64,000 bases of DNA from Spirochaetia bacterium (GTDB taxonomy: Bacteria; Spirochaetota; Spirochaetia; CADAEX01), in the NCBI GenBank assembly GCA_963662795.1, contig OY759746.1, positions 2,048,001 through 2,112,000 on the forward strand, given 5' to 3'. The notes beneath the pieces are model-generated. The model worked only from the letters and a program-made list of their open reading frames with translations. It was not told the origin of the DNA and searched no databases. Shown here piece after piece: positions 42,778-52,980 of this stretch; position 1 is the first letter of the stretch; the number at the start of each line of letters is the position of its first letter. A program made the position numbers and the translations under genes.

Positions 42778-42831
42778 TAGTGTAATTGCAATTATTGAAT
42801 TATCTGTTTACTATAGTTTTGGAATTTTATA

Positions 42832-45804
42832 ATGAAGTTTAGTGTTTTTGCCATTATAGCAATATTTACTATTTTTACAATTTTTTACATAAAAAGGCAA
42901 AAAAAACTATCTAAAGAACTTGAAGTAAAAATACATGAATTCCAAGAGCAAATAAACATTTTCTTCACAGAATATTTTGAATTACGAAAGCAATTTGTTT
43001 CCGAATCAGAAAAAAATAACTTTGCTGAAAAATGGCAAAAATTATATTTGGAAATACAAAAGTATCACATTTCAAAGAAGTTGAGTGCATTTGCGGAAAT
43101 AGAGCAATTTAAGGAAACCTATAAAAATCTTCATAGATATATTTCTGAATCAAATGCAGAAATCAAGCGAAAAGAAGAAATAAAACTTCTTTCACTGCAA
43201 ATATCAGATTTTTTTGCTGAATTGTTTGAAATTATAAATCAATATGTTTCTCATTCTGTAGATATTCAATTTACACAAAAATGGAATGAACTTTCACAAA
43301 AAACTGAAAAATCTAATATTCATAAAGATGACGATGCATTTGCAGAAATTGATCGATTTAAAACTGTTTATAAATCTCTTCATGATTACTTTGCTACTGC
43401 AAATGAAAAATACATTCAAAATGAATCGATGAAATATAACGATTTGTTTTCAAGTATAGATGGAAAAACTTTGGACGAGCAACAGAGAACTGCCGTTATT
43501 ACAGATGAAGATAGAATTCTTGTGCTTGCAGGTGCGGGTAGCGGAAAAACGCTTACAATTTCTGCTAAAGTAAAATATTTATGCGAAGTAAAAAATATAA
43601 ATCCAAAAGACATTCTTCTTATTTCATTTACAAAAAAATCTGCACAGGAAATGACAGAACGAATTCAAAATAAGCTAGGAATTCAGGCCGAAGCGACTAC
43701 TTTTCATAAAATTGGTCTTAATATAATCAAAAATTCTGATGGGCAACGACCAGAAATATCGGATGAGAATGTACTGAATCAATTTGTTCATAACTTTTTT
43801 GAAAGCGATATTTTAAATCATCCAGACTTAATAAAAGCCTTAACTGAATATTTCACTTACTTCCTTGAAATCCCCAACAATATGGAAGATTATTCTTCTC
43901 TTGGCGAATTGTATGAAGAAGAAAAAACAACCGACCTAGAAACATTAAAATCAAAATACGATCGGGAAAAATATATTCGTGAAACAGGTGCAGAAAAAGC
44001 TAAAGCTTATACTACTTTAAACAATGAGAAAGTAAAAAGTCTTGAAGAAACAAAGATTGCAAACTTTCTTTTTATGCACGGCATAAATTACGAATATGAA
44101 AAAATCTACCCCTTTGACAGCGCTGACCCGTTAAGAAAAACCTACCGTCCTGATTTTTATCTTACAGATTATGATATTTATTTAGAGCATTTTGGAATAT
44201 CAAAAGATTTTACCGTTCCGTGGCTTTCTCCTGTAGAAGAAAAAAAATATTTAGACGGAATTCAATGGAAGCGAGCATTTCATCAAGAAAATGAAACTAA
44301 ACTGATTGAAACTTATTCCTATTACAGTTATGAGGGTATACTTCTAAAAAAACTTGAAGAACTATTACTTACAAGTGGTGTTGAATTTAAATCTCGTGAT
44401 TTTACGGATATTTTCAATACTGTCTATGCAAGCAAGAGCAACAAATACTTTTCTGAATTTATAAAATTGTGCTGCACTTTTATCACGCTTTTTAAGTCAA
44501 ATAATTATAAAAATGAAGAAATTGAAAATCTAAAGCAGAAATATATTTTTGAAGAAACAAATGAATTCCTTCGGGATCGAACAAAACTTTTTCTTGATAT
44601 AATAAAAATCATTTTAACGGAATATCAGAATTATCTTTCTTCAAACAATGCAATTGATTTTTCAGATATGATAAATAATGCGACTGATAAAGTGATTTCG
44701 GGTTGTGAAATTCCTTTCTATAAATATGTTATTGTAGATGAATATCAGGACATCTCAAAGTCTAGATTTAATTTCTTAAAAGCAATAGCAGAAAGAATTA
44801 ATGCAAAAATATTCTGTGTTGGCGATGATTGGCAATCCATTTATCGATTTGCAGGAAGCGATATTTCCTTGTTTACTGATTTTGAAAAATATTTCGGATA
44901 TACAAAGATTCTTAAAATAGAAAAAACTTACAGAAATTCTCAAAATATTATAGATGAAGCATCTCGTTTTATTTTGAAGAATCCGCTTCAACTCAAAAAA
45001 GATTTACGCTCTGACAAAAGTTTAGATTACCCGTTTGTGTTTTGGGGATTTGATGACGAGCCGAAACAGGCATTACAATATGCAATTAAAAAAATTGTTT
45101 CAGAATTTGGAATAAAATCTTCCATTTTACTTTTGGGAAGAACCAATTATGATATTGAAATTGCAAAAAAGTCTGGACTTTTCAGAAGTGTTTATAAAAA
45201 CAGGAAAGAGCAGTTGGAATATATTCCAATTCATGAATTACGAATTGATTTTCTTTCAATCCATAAGTCAAAAGGCTTGGAAGCAGATAATGTTATTCTT
45301 CTGAACTTCAAGAATGATAAGCTTGGATTTCCGAACCAGATTGCAGATGATAAGGTATTAAATCTTGTCCTTACAAATGCCGATGATTTTAAGTTTGCAG
45401 AAGAACGCCGCCTTTTTTATGTCGCAATAACCCGAACAAAAAACAGAACTTTCATTCTTGCAGATAACAAAAATCCTTCCCCATTTTTTAAAGAGTTTTC
45501 TGAATCAAACTCAGTTTGTTTTGTATCAATCAAGAAAAATACAAACGAAAATCAGACAAACTGTCCGTTCTGCAAAACAGGAAATCTTTTGAAAGTTGAA
45601 CACGAAGGAAAATATTTTGTAGGTTGTTCAAATTTTCCGAAATGTAAATATACTTTGCACGATGCAACAATTCTTTTGAATCCAAAAAAATGTCCTTCTT
45701 GTGGTGGATTTCTGATAAAACGAAAAGGTAAGAAAGGACATTGGTTCAGTGGTTGCACGAATTATCCGTATTGTGAATATACGGAACAAATAAAAAGAGA
45801 ATAA
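42832..45804 (+). CDS. UvrD/helicase IV-like SF1 helicase with N-terminal TM segment and C-terminal topoisomerase-type Zn ribbons (nested cargo)
   Basis: AGAGSGKT, VDEYQD, VGDDWQSIYRF, HKSKGLEAD and EERRLFYVAITR; two CxxC..GC..PxC repeats. Confidence 0.88.
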   Translation: MKFSVFAIIAIFTIFTIFYIKRQKKLSKELEVKIHEFQEQINIFFTEYFELRKQFVSESEKNNFAEKWQKLYLEIQKYHISKKLSAFAEIEQFKETYKNLHRYISESNAEIKRKEEIKLLSLQISDFFAELFEIINQYVSHSVDIQFTQKWNELSQKTEKSNIHKDDDAFAEIDRFKTVYKSLHDYFATANEKYIQNESMKYNDLFSSIDGKTLDEQQRTAVITDEDRILVLAGAGSGKTLTISAKVKYLCEVKNINPKDILLISFTKKSAQEMTERIQNKLGIQAEATTFHKIGLNIIKNSDGQRPEISDENVLNQFVHNFFESDILNHPDLIKALTEYFTYFLEIPNNMEDYSSLGELYEEEKTTDLETLKSKYDREKYIRETGAEKAKAYTTLNNEKVKSLEETKIANFLFMHGINYEYEKIYPFDSADPLRKTYRPDFYLTDYDIYLEHFGISKDFTVPWLSPVEEKKYLDGIQWKRAFHQENETKLIETYSYYSYEGILLKKLEELLLTSGVEFKSRDFTDIFNTVYASKSNKYFSEFIKLCCTFITLFKSNNYKNEEIENLKQKYIFEETNEFLRDRTKLFLDIIKIILTEYQNYLSSNNAIDFSDMINNATDKVISGCEIPFYKYVIVDEYQDISKSRFNFLKAIAERINAKIFCVGDDWQSIYRFAGSDISLFTDFEKYFGYTKILKIEKTYRNSQNIIDEASRFILKNPLQLKKDLRSDKSLDYPFVFWGFDDEPKQALQYAIKKIVSEFGIKSSILLLGRTNYDIEIAKKSGLFRSVYKNRKEQLEYIPIHELRIDFLSIHKSKGLEADNVILLNFKNDKLGFPNQIADDKVLNLVLTNADDFKFAEERRLFYVAITRTKNRTFILADNKNPSPFFKEFSESNSVCFVSIKKNTNENQTNCPFCKTGNLLKVEHEGKYFVGCSNFPKCKYTLHDATILLNPKKCPSCGGFLIKRKGKKGHWFSGCTNYPYCEYTEQIKRE

Positions 45805-45810
45805 GAAAAC

Positions 45811-45924
45811 GCTTAACAACTGCTTCAAGCTGATTCGGCTATGTCACGATTCTTGCTAGTCGTCGCTACTCATCTCGGTAAGAATTGCGCCATATACGCC
45901 TCGCAGGTTAAGCAAATATTATAA
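45811..45924 (+). repeat. Short canonical-type attC site (R' mutated to ATTATAA)
   Basis: GCTTAAC-aactgc-TTCAAGCTG...CAGGTTAA-gcaaat-ATTATAA; roughly complements cassette start GTTAGGC. Confidence 0.75.
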
Positions 45925-45946
45925 AACAAAAATAGAAACGGGGGAA

Positions 45947-46215
45947 GTCCGGCCTTGGCGTTGCCGTGCGGCCTGGACAAGAAGCGATGATACTGGTGGA
46001 TAACAGAGGATAATGCGCTTCGCTCCCTTTGGTCGCTTGGCCTGCGGCACACATCGTAGTGTTTGAACTACAACATTTATTAACAACGAGTTTTGAAAAA
46101 TATTATATAGCTTTGGAATATTCATTCTTGGACTACGATGCGTCGCTTATCCTCAGGACGTTATCCACAATATCATCGCAAGATGACACCGCCCGGACCT
46201 CCGGCCAACGGGCGA
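45947..46215 (+). repeat. Long attC-like composite site, core family II
   Basis: AAC 46002-46004, GTT 46160-46162. Confidence 0.88.
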
Positions 46216-46280
46216 AGAGTAGAAAAAGACATAATGGTTAACCAATTAAACCGATACATTCAAAGAAAGCAGAGGAATAT

Positions 46281-46628
46281 ATGAAAAAAGAAATTGTTAA
46301 AACACAAAAAGGAGAAATAACAGTTTACAGCGATATTGAAGTACCAATATCAGATGCATCAGATTTTCTTGATCTGCTTGCAAATACTAGTACTAAAACA
46401 ATATCACTGGATAAAGAATATTTAGATAATAGATTTTATGAATTAAGCTCTGGTCTAGCAGGAGAAATACTTCAGAAAGTATCAAATTATAGAAGAAGCG
46501 TGATAATTATAGGAGATTTTATCAATATCAATAAAAAGAGTTTAAAAGACTTTATATATGAAAGCAATAAAACAGGGCAGGTTGTATTTGCCAAAGACTT
46601 GGAAGAAGGAATCATTTTGCTGAAGTAA
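46281..46628 (+). CDS. DUF4180-like protein (duplicate of 10353-10700)
   Basis: One amino-acid difference from the first copy. Confidence 0.8.
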   Translation: MKKEIVKTQKGEITVYSDIEVPISDASDFLDLLANTSTKTISLDKEYLDNRFYELSSGLAGEILQKVSNYRRSVIIIGDFININKKSLKDFIYESNKTGQVVFAKDLEEGIILLK

Positions 46629-47060
46629 TTGGAAAAAAGAGGAAAGATTTTGAAGAAAGATTTAATAGCCGCATGTGGAATTAATTGCTCATTATGTACA
46701 GGCTATCAAAGAGAAAAGAATAAATGCGAAGGTTGCAGGAGTGTTGGCAATAAACCAAAGAATTGCTTGAATTGCATAGTAGTAAATTGTAACAAGAGAG
46801 AAGGGAAGGAAGATTTTTGCTTTTCATGCGATACTTATCCATGCCAGAAAATTAAAAAGCTTGCAAAGCGTTATAGTATGCGGTATGGAGTAGATATTTA
46901 TAAAAATCTTGAAAGAATTAAAGCCAAAGGAATAAAGGTATTTGTTGAAGAAGAAAATGAAAAATGGAAATGTATAAAGTGCAAAGCTTTATTATGTATG
47001 CATAGCAAAAATTGTTTAAAATGTGGTGAAGTAAATCCATATTATATTGGAACTTTATAA
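46629..47060 (+). CDS. DUF3795-like protein (duplicate of 10701-11132)
   Basis: Identical protein. Confidence 0.75.
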   Translation: MEKRGKILKKDLIAACGINCSLCTGYQREKNKCEGCRSVGNKPKNCLNCIVVNCNKREGKEDFCFSCDTYPCQKIKKLAKRYSMRYGVDIYKNLERIKAKGIKVFVEEENEKWKCIKCKALLCMHSKNCLKCGEVNPYYIGTL

Positions 47061-47084
47061 TAGGTCTTTAAAAAGGATAAAGTA

Positions 47085-47495
47085 ATGATTTACCATATAG
47101 TACCGGAAAAAGAGTATTTGAAATTAGCTGCAAAAGAGAAATATATCCCAAATAATTTCAATGATTTCGGATTTGTACATTGTGCTTTTAAAGTTTCGGT
47201 TTTATCAGTTGCAGATGACTATTATTCAAAAGTAAAGGATAAGCTTATTCTTTTGAAAATAAACCCTGAGAAATTAAAGTCAGATGTAAAATATGAGGAA
47301 GCAACTCCGGAAGAAGGTTTAGGTAAAGAGCATTTAAATACTTCAAATGTTTTTCCACACGTATATGGGCCAGTAGATAATGATGCAGTTGAAGGAGTAG
47401 GCGAATTGGGGAAGAAAGAGGGAAAATATAGCTGGCCAGTTAAATTCATTCCTTTTGCAGAATATTTGGAAACAAATAAGAAGATAAAAGATTAG
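47085..47495 (+). CDS. DUF952-like protein (duplicate of 11157-11567)
   Basis: Identical protein. Confidence 0.8.
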   Translation: MIYHIVPEKEYLKLAAKEKYIPNNFNDFGFVHCAFKVSVLSVADDYYSKVKDKLILLKINPEKLKSDVKYEEATPEEGLGKEHLNTSNVFPHVYGPVDNDAVEGVGELGKKEGKYSWPVKFIPFAEYLETNKKIKD

Positions 47496-47786
47496 TCCGG
47501 CCTTGGCATTGCCGTGCGGCCTGGACAAGAAGCGATGATACTGGTGGATAACAGCGATTATTTCGCTGCGCTCCCTGTGGTCGCTTGGGCTCCTGCCAGT
47601 TGAGCTGGCAGATCGCCATATTTTGTTTTCATAAAACCGGAATGACATGTGTTTTATGCTCTTCAAGTTTGTAAAAACCAAATAAAAGTATTTTAGAGTT
47701 TAGTCACAAAACATCGAATAATCGCGAGACGTTATCCACAATATCATCGCAAGAGAACGCCGCCCGGACCTCCGGCCAACGAGCGA
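47495..47786 (+). repeat. Long attC-like composite site, core family III
   Basis: AAC 47550-47552, GTT 47731-47733. Confidence 0.88.
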
Positions 47787-47830
47787 AGATAGGAAATATA
47801 TTAACTTCAAAATTAAGGAACAAATAATTA

Positions 47831-48514
47831 ATGATTACATTCAATGTTTTCGCAAGAGTTTTTAAAATTAAAAGTGGAAATAATATTGGCACTGCTTTTG
47901 CAATTGATTATAGAAAAAAACAATATCTCATAACCGCTTTTCATATAATTTGTAATCCTGCAGAAATAAATTATGTTGAGTTGCAGTATAAAAATGGGTG
48001 GAAAGTTATTGAAGTTGATATTACTGGATTCGGAGACGAAGAAAATGATGTAATTGTTTTGTCCCCTAAGAAGCAAATAGCACCTGAATGGGAATTGCCT
48101 TTATCAAAAGGGAGAATGGTTATAGGCCAAGATGTATATTTTTTAGGATTTCCATATAATATGACATCTGAGGTAAATGATGAAGAATGGCATTTACCAT
48201 ACCCATTAGTTAAGAAAGCTTGTTTATCTGGGAGTATTGATAATAATAAAAAAAGAATATGGTTACTTGACGGGATTAATAATCCGGGGTTTTCAGGTGG
48301 TCCAGTTGTTTTTCACCCTGTAAATTCAAATAATAGTACAGAATTATACATAATGGGATTAATTAGTGGGTTTAGATTTAATGAAGAAAAAATAATACAT
48401 AATGGATATGAAATTGATTCTTACGTAAAAGCAAATACTGGAATTATTTATGCTATATCAGCATCTAATATTCTAGAAATAATTGAAAAAAATGAAAATG
48501 GGTTTAAATTATAG
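47831..48514 (+). CDS. Trypsin-like serine protease
   Basis: LITAFH, NDVIVL and NPGFSGGPV catalytic-triad motifs; no signal peptide. Confidence 0.82.
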   Translation: MITFNVFARVFKIKSGNNIGTAFAIDYRKKQYLITAFHIICNPAEINYVELQYKNGWKVIEVDITGFGDEENDVIVLSPKKQIAPEWELPLSKGRMVIGQDVYFLGFPYNMTSEVNDEEWHLPYPLVKKACLSGSIDNNKKRIWLLDGINNPGFSGGPVVFHPVNSNNSTELYIMGLISGFRFNEEKIIHNGYEIDSYVKANTGIIYAISASNILEIIEKNENGFKL

Positions 48515-48570
48515 TAATACTTAAAAAGAATATTTCTTTTACTTTAAATATTATAAAATATAGAGGTTGT

Positions 48571-49185
48571 ATGATAGATATTTTAAAAGAAGCAATAAAT
48601 AAAATACCAGAGCATTATTATAAATTATATAATCCACGTAAATCAAAAGGCCAACTAGTTGATTATTCTAATGAATATGTTTTTCCTGAAAGAAATTATT
48701 GTACAAATTTATATCATCAATTATTAAATATTATAAATGATACAAATCTCGACATAGGAGAGATGTTTTTTCTTGATGAAGAAATATACAAAAAATATTC
48801 AGGTACATACATTAACGATAAAAGTTTTACAAAAACAAAAAATAGTTTAAAATTCTCTAAACAAGGGTTACGGCCAGATTTAGTCTTACATAAATCTCAG
48901 CAATCAAGAGAGAAAGAGGATCAAAAATTAATAATTGAGTGTAAAACTACTAACAATCTTTTAAAATCAGAATTTTTCAGAGATTTCTTTAAATTAAATA
49001 TTTATAAATCCCAACTGAATTTTCAAAATACAGTATATATTATTGTGAATATGAACAAAGAAATAATTAATAAATATCTAGACGAATATTTAAAAAAATA
49101 TTGGAATATTAAAGAGAATGCTATTTATTTATTGATAAAAGAAAGTTATGGAAGTGAAATAATTGAAATAAAGGTTGAGTACTAA
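48571..49185 (+). CDS. Hypothetical protein, PD-(D/E)xK nuclease-like
   Basis: ER..LYHQL, RPDLVLH and LIIECK motifs. Confidence 0.6.
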   Translation: MIDILKEAINKIPEHYYKLYNPRKSKGQLVDYSNEYVFPERNYCTNLYHQLLNIINDTNLDIGEMFFLDEEIYKKYSGTYINDKSFTKTKNSLKFSKQGLRPDLVLHKSQQSREKEDQKLIIECKTTNNLLKSEFFRDFFKLNIYKSQLNFQNTVYIIVNMNKEIINKYLDEYLKKYWNIKENAIYLLIKESYGSEIIEIKVEY

Positions 49186-49223
49186 TTTATACAGGCAATT
49201 TTTATATAATTTAATAAACATTA

Positions 49224-49498
49224 GTCCGGCCTTGGCGTTGCCGTGCGGCCCTGGACAAGAAGCGATGATACTGGTGGATAACAGCGGTTGAAGCACTACG
49301 CTCGGATTACCTCGCTTGGCCTTCGGCAAACATCGTAGGATTTGAACTACAACTTTTAGAAACATTAAGTTTTTGAAAGACAATAAATAAAAGCATTGAG
49401 TATTCTATTCTTGGTCTACGATGCTTCGCTTAACCGCGGGACGTTATCCACAATATCATCGCAAGAGACCATCGCCCGGACCTCCGGCCAACGGGCGA
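49224..49498 (+). repeat. Long attC-like composite site, core family I
   Basis: AAC 49280-49282, GTT 49443-49445. Confidence 0.88.
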
Positions 49499-49499
49499 A

Positions 49500-49571
49500 G
49501 AAAATGTGATCATTTGTAAATATATTTATACATAGAAATATATAGTTTTCTAGTTATTTAATATGTTATAT
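49500..49571 (+). other. Conserved internal leader ending in attI-like crossover (carrier cassette 4)
   Basis: TAGTTATTTAATAT-GTTATAT, GTT at 49565. Confidence 0.7.
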
Positions 49572-49658
49572 TTAACTCAATTTGAAAAGGAGAGGAAATC
49601 ATAATTATCATATCTAATTGATTTGGGTGTGTTATAATATATCTATTAATAAAAGGAG

Positions 49659-50735
49659 ATGTTTATGAGTGATAATAAGAAATTCCCAAAAGAATTAGAG
49701 ATTCCAAAACCCCCAGAGCGATATAATAAAAATATAAAAGTGAAAATTAGTAAAGATGATGTTGCAAATGTAAATTTATTTATGATGGCATGTGATTGTG
49801 ATGAATATAAAAGTTCGAATAGAAGTGAATATGAAAAATCAGATATTAGAAGAATGTGTCGTCATATCGCAAAATTATATAAGAAAAAAATTAGAACTGA
49901 TAAAATAGATTCAATTAAAACAATGATGATAGAATCTGGTGAAGGGATTAAACCCTCTATAATTTATTTAGAATCAGAAGAATTGGGATATAGTATATGT
50001 ATCGCATTCCAAATAGGATTACCTTGGATAGATGTTTATGCAAAGAATATAAATGGAATTTATAAAAAGCATGTATATAATTATTCAAACAAAGAATGGC
50101 AAGGTAAAATTTCTTATAATAAAGAACTAATAGATGCTTTAGAGTCTTTTATTTTAGAGAATATTCAAGATAATTCAAATGCTAAAGCAAATGAAAAAAA
50201 GAATGGAGAAGAAAGAAATTACCATCAATATGTAGAAATACCAGAACTTAGTGAAGAATATAATAAAGATATCATAGTAAAAGAAGATAATAAGAAATAT
50301 AAATTGAACTTGTTTAAAATGGAATGCTCTTGCAAGGAATTTGATAAGAAAAAACATTATAGGTTAGGTGATTCAAGGAGAATGTGTTTTCATTTAAGAC
50401 GAGAATTTTGGAATACAACAGAGTTTAAGAAATTAAACAAACTCGAGCAAACTCTTATAAAGAATAATTATGGTAATAAAGATAATCTATTTATTTTTGA
50501 ATTAAAAAATGATTTAAGTTTTGCCATTTCATATGATGATGATAGAGAAGAATATTCAAGTTGGTATAATGTAATAGCCAGAAAGAATAATGGGCAATAT
50601 ATCTGTTATGCTTATAATCCTTATAGTAAACGATGGGCAAAAGACAAAAATCCAGAATTATACAAAGAAGAAATTGAGAATTTAGTAAATAGTATTGATA
50701 TTTTCGCTCAGAAAGATATAGACGAAGAATATTAA
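49659..50735 (+). CDS. Hypothetical protein with two tandem SWIM-like Zn-finger domains (nested cargo)
   Basis: Internal duplication NLFMMACDC..RRMCRH / NLFKMECSC..RRMCFH. Confidence 0.65.
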   Translation: MFMSDNKKFPKELEIPKPPERYNKNIKVKISKDDVANVNLFMMACDCDEYKSSNRSEYEKSDIRRMCRHIAKLYKKKIRTDKIDSIKTMMIESGEGIKPSIIYLESEELGYSICIAFQIGLPWIDVYAKNINGIYKKHVYNYSNKEWQGKISYNKELIDALESFILENIQDNSNAKANEKKNGEERNYHQYVEIPELSEEYNKDIIVKEDNKKYKLNLFKMECSCKEFDKKKHYRLGDSRRMCFHLRREFWNTTEFKKLNKLEQTLIKNNYGNKDNLFIFELKNDLSFAISYDDDREEYSSWYNVIARKNNGQYICYAYNPYSKRWAKDKNPELYKEEIENLVNSIDIFAQKDIDEEY

Positions 50736-50741
50736 GAGTAA

Positions 50742-50880
50742 ATATAACAAGAGATTTGGAGTAGTCAAAATTTATTGACACGATTCTGGCTAAAGACGTT
50801 CGGGCAATGGCCCTCACTCCAGAATCGCGCCAATTCCGCGAAGACGCGGACCAATTTTGCTACTCAAATCGTCGTTATAA
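50742..50880 (+). repeat. Canonical-type attC site
   Basis: AAATATAAC complements cassette start GTTATATTT; TTTGGAGTAG...CTACTCAAA-tcgtc-GTTATAA with an extrahelical G. Confidence 0.85.
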
Positions 50881-50897
50881 AAATAGAAACGGGGGAA

Positions 50898-51191
50898 GTC
50901 CGGCCTTGGCGTTGCCGTGCGGCCTTGGACAAGAAGCGATGATACTGGTGGATAACAGCGATTATTTCGCTGCGCTCCCTTTTGGTCGCTTGGGCTCCTG
51001 CCAGTTGAGCTGGCAGAGCGCCATATTTTGTTTTTATAAAACCAGAACAACATGTGTTCTATGCTTTTTATGTTTGAAAAATCAAATAAATGTATTTTAG
51101 AGTTTAACCACAAAACATCGAATAATCGCGAGACGTTATCGGCAATGGCTGGGCGAAGAGAACACCGCCCGGACCTCCGGCCCACGGGCGA
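50898..51191 (+). repeat. Long attC-like composite site, core family III
   Basis: AAC 50954-50956, GTT 51135-51137. Confidence 0.88.
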
Positions 51192-51236
51192 AGAAAATAT
51201 TAAAACCAAAACAATTATTAAATTAAAGGAAGTAGA

Positions 51237-51638
51237 ATGATGATTAAGAATTATTATTATTTTGTAGTAGGAATACTTTCAATACTTTTTGCGATTACAC
51301 ATGCACTAAATGGACAAGCTGTAATTTTACCTTCTCTAGAAATTGAATTAATAAGCATAGAAATAAGAACAATATTCTTTTATGTGTGGCATATAATATC
51401 AGCTGAAAACATGTTATTTGGAATTTCTTTTTTAATTATGGCATTTTATAAGAAATTGGAAAAAGTTAGATTTACAGCATTTGTTATAGCTGCTTTAATG
51501 GTTTTTCGCTGGGTTATAATATTTTATGGAACTTTTATGTATAATCGCCAAGGACTCAGGAATATAACAATCGATACTGTTGCAATTATAATATTTACAG
51601 CCCTCATTATTTTAGGAACAAGGGTTAAGGATAAGTAA
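51237..51638 (+). CDS. Hypothetical membrane protein (paralog of 8935-9333)
   Basis: Highly similar protein sequence. Confidence 0.8.
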   Translation: MMIKNYYYFVVGILSILFAITHALNGQAVILPSLEIELISIEIRTIFFYVWHIISAENMLFGISFLIMAFYKKLEKVRFTAFVIAALMVFRWVIIFYGTFMYNRQGLRNITIDTVAIIIFTALIILGTRVKDK

Positions 51639-51714
51639 AACTTTATAAACTTGAAAAATATGAGTTGAAATAAAATAGAACTGCCTTTATGCTTATGGCA
51701 GAACAGAGGATAAA

Positions 51715-52266
51715 ATGAATACAGCATTGGTAATAATTGATGTTCAAAATGATTATTTTCCCGGCGGAAGAAAAGAACTAAAAGGAAGTCTTGAAGCTTT
51801 AGAAAACATTCAAAAAGTTATTAACAATTGCAGAGAAAAACATTATAAAATCATCTTTATCAAACATATAGCAGTTAAACCAAATGCAACATTTTTTATA
51901 AATGGAACATCTGGAATTGAAATACATAAAGGAATAGAGCCCGAAGAAAATGATGAGATCATAATAAAAAATTATCCTAATAGTTTTCGGGAGACAGATT
52001 TAAAAGAATATTTAAATAGAAATCAGATCACAGATTTAGTTTTTACCGGCATGATGACTCATATGTGCGTAGATACAACAGTCAGGGTAGCTTTTGATTT
52101 AGGATATAGCAGTATTTTAATTTCAGATTGCTGTGCGACATTAGATTTATCATATGAAAATGAAATGATTGAAGCTAAAGAAGTTCAAAATGCATTTCTT
52201 GCAGCTTTGAATGGAACTTTTTGTAAAATAATAACAACAGAAGATTTTATAAAAGAAAAACAATAA
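51715..52266 (+). CDS. Isochorismatase-family cysteine hydrolase (paralog of 9411-9962)
   Basis: IDVQNDYF and GMMTHMCVDTT motifs. Confidence 0.9.
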   Translation: MNTALVIIDVQNDYFPGGRKELKGSLEALENIQKVINNCREKHYKIIFIKHIAVKPNATFFINGTSGIEIHKGIEPEENDEIIIKNYPNSFRETDLKEYLNRNQITDLVFTGMMTHMCVDTTVRVAFDLGYSSILISDCCATLDLSYENEMIEAKEVQNAFLAALNGTFCKIITTEDFIKEKQ

Positions 52267-52300
52267 ACTCTGGTATAACAAAGTACTTGGAATAGAAGAA

Positions 52301-52554
52301 GTCCGGCCTTGGCGGTGCCGTGCGGCCTGGACAAGACGCCCAGCCACAGCCGATAACAGCGAATGACCGGTTCCGGCTGTTTCTAAGGAAACAGCCTCCA
52401 CCCAAATTGCCGAAATAATACATGTTAAGAATAATGGAATAGAGTATAAACTTTTGGAGTGAAAAACACCATCGGCAACTTCGGTTATTCGCGGGACGTT
52501 ATTTGCAATACCTTCGCGAAGAGAAAATCGCCCGGGCCCCTGGCCGACGGGCGA
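52301..52554 (+). repeat. Long attC-like composite site, core family IV
   Basis: AAC 52355-52357, GTT 52498-52500. Confidence 0.88.
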
Positions 52555-52725
52555 GGATGTGCAGGATAATAATGGTATATGTTGAATAGATACTTTAGGT
52601 GTGTGAAAACAGGTATTATCTAAATAAATACATAAAAGGCTTCTGATAGTTTAATGTGTTACCTGTTGATATAAACCAAAAAATGAACTATATTTAATAA
52701 TATAATGGTTCATTTGGAGGTTTAT

Positions 52726-52980
52726 ATGAAATCTATTACCATACATGGAATTGATAATGAACTAGATAAGAAAATTGCAGAAAAGTCTGTAGAATTTGGG
52801 TTAAGCCAGAACCGAACAGTTAAGCATATCCTGAAAAGTTCATTATTTACTGATAAAAAAGTTTCTAAAAAGGATTCCTTTGCTGAGTTATTTGGTAAAT
52901 GGTCAACAAAAGAGAAAGAAGAATTTGATAAAAAAATCAGTGATTTTGAAGTAATAAATGAAATGGACTGGAAAAAATGA
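52726..52980 (+). CDS. Putative antitoxin (RHH-like)
   Basis: MKSITIHGID after GGAGG; ATGA overlap with the PIN toxin. Confidence 0.75.
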   Translation: MKSITIHGIDNELDKKIAEKSVEFGLSQNRTVKHILKSSLFTDKKVSKKDSFAELFGKWSTKEKEEFDKKISDFEVINEMDWKK

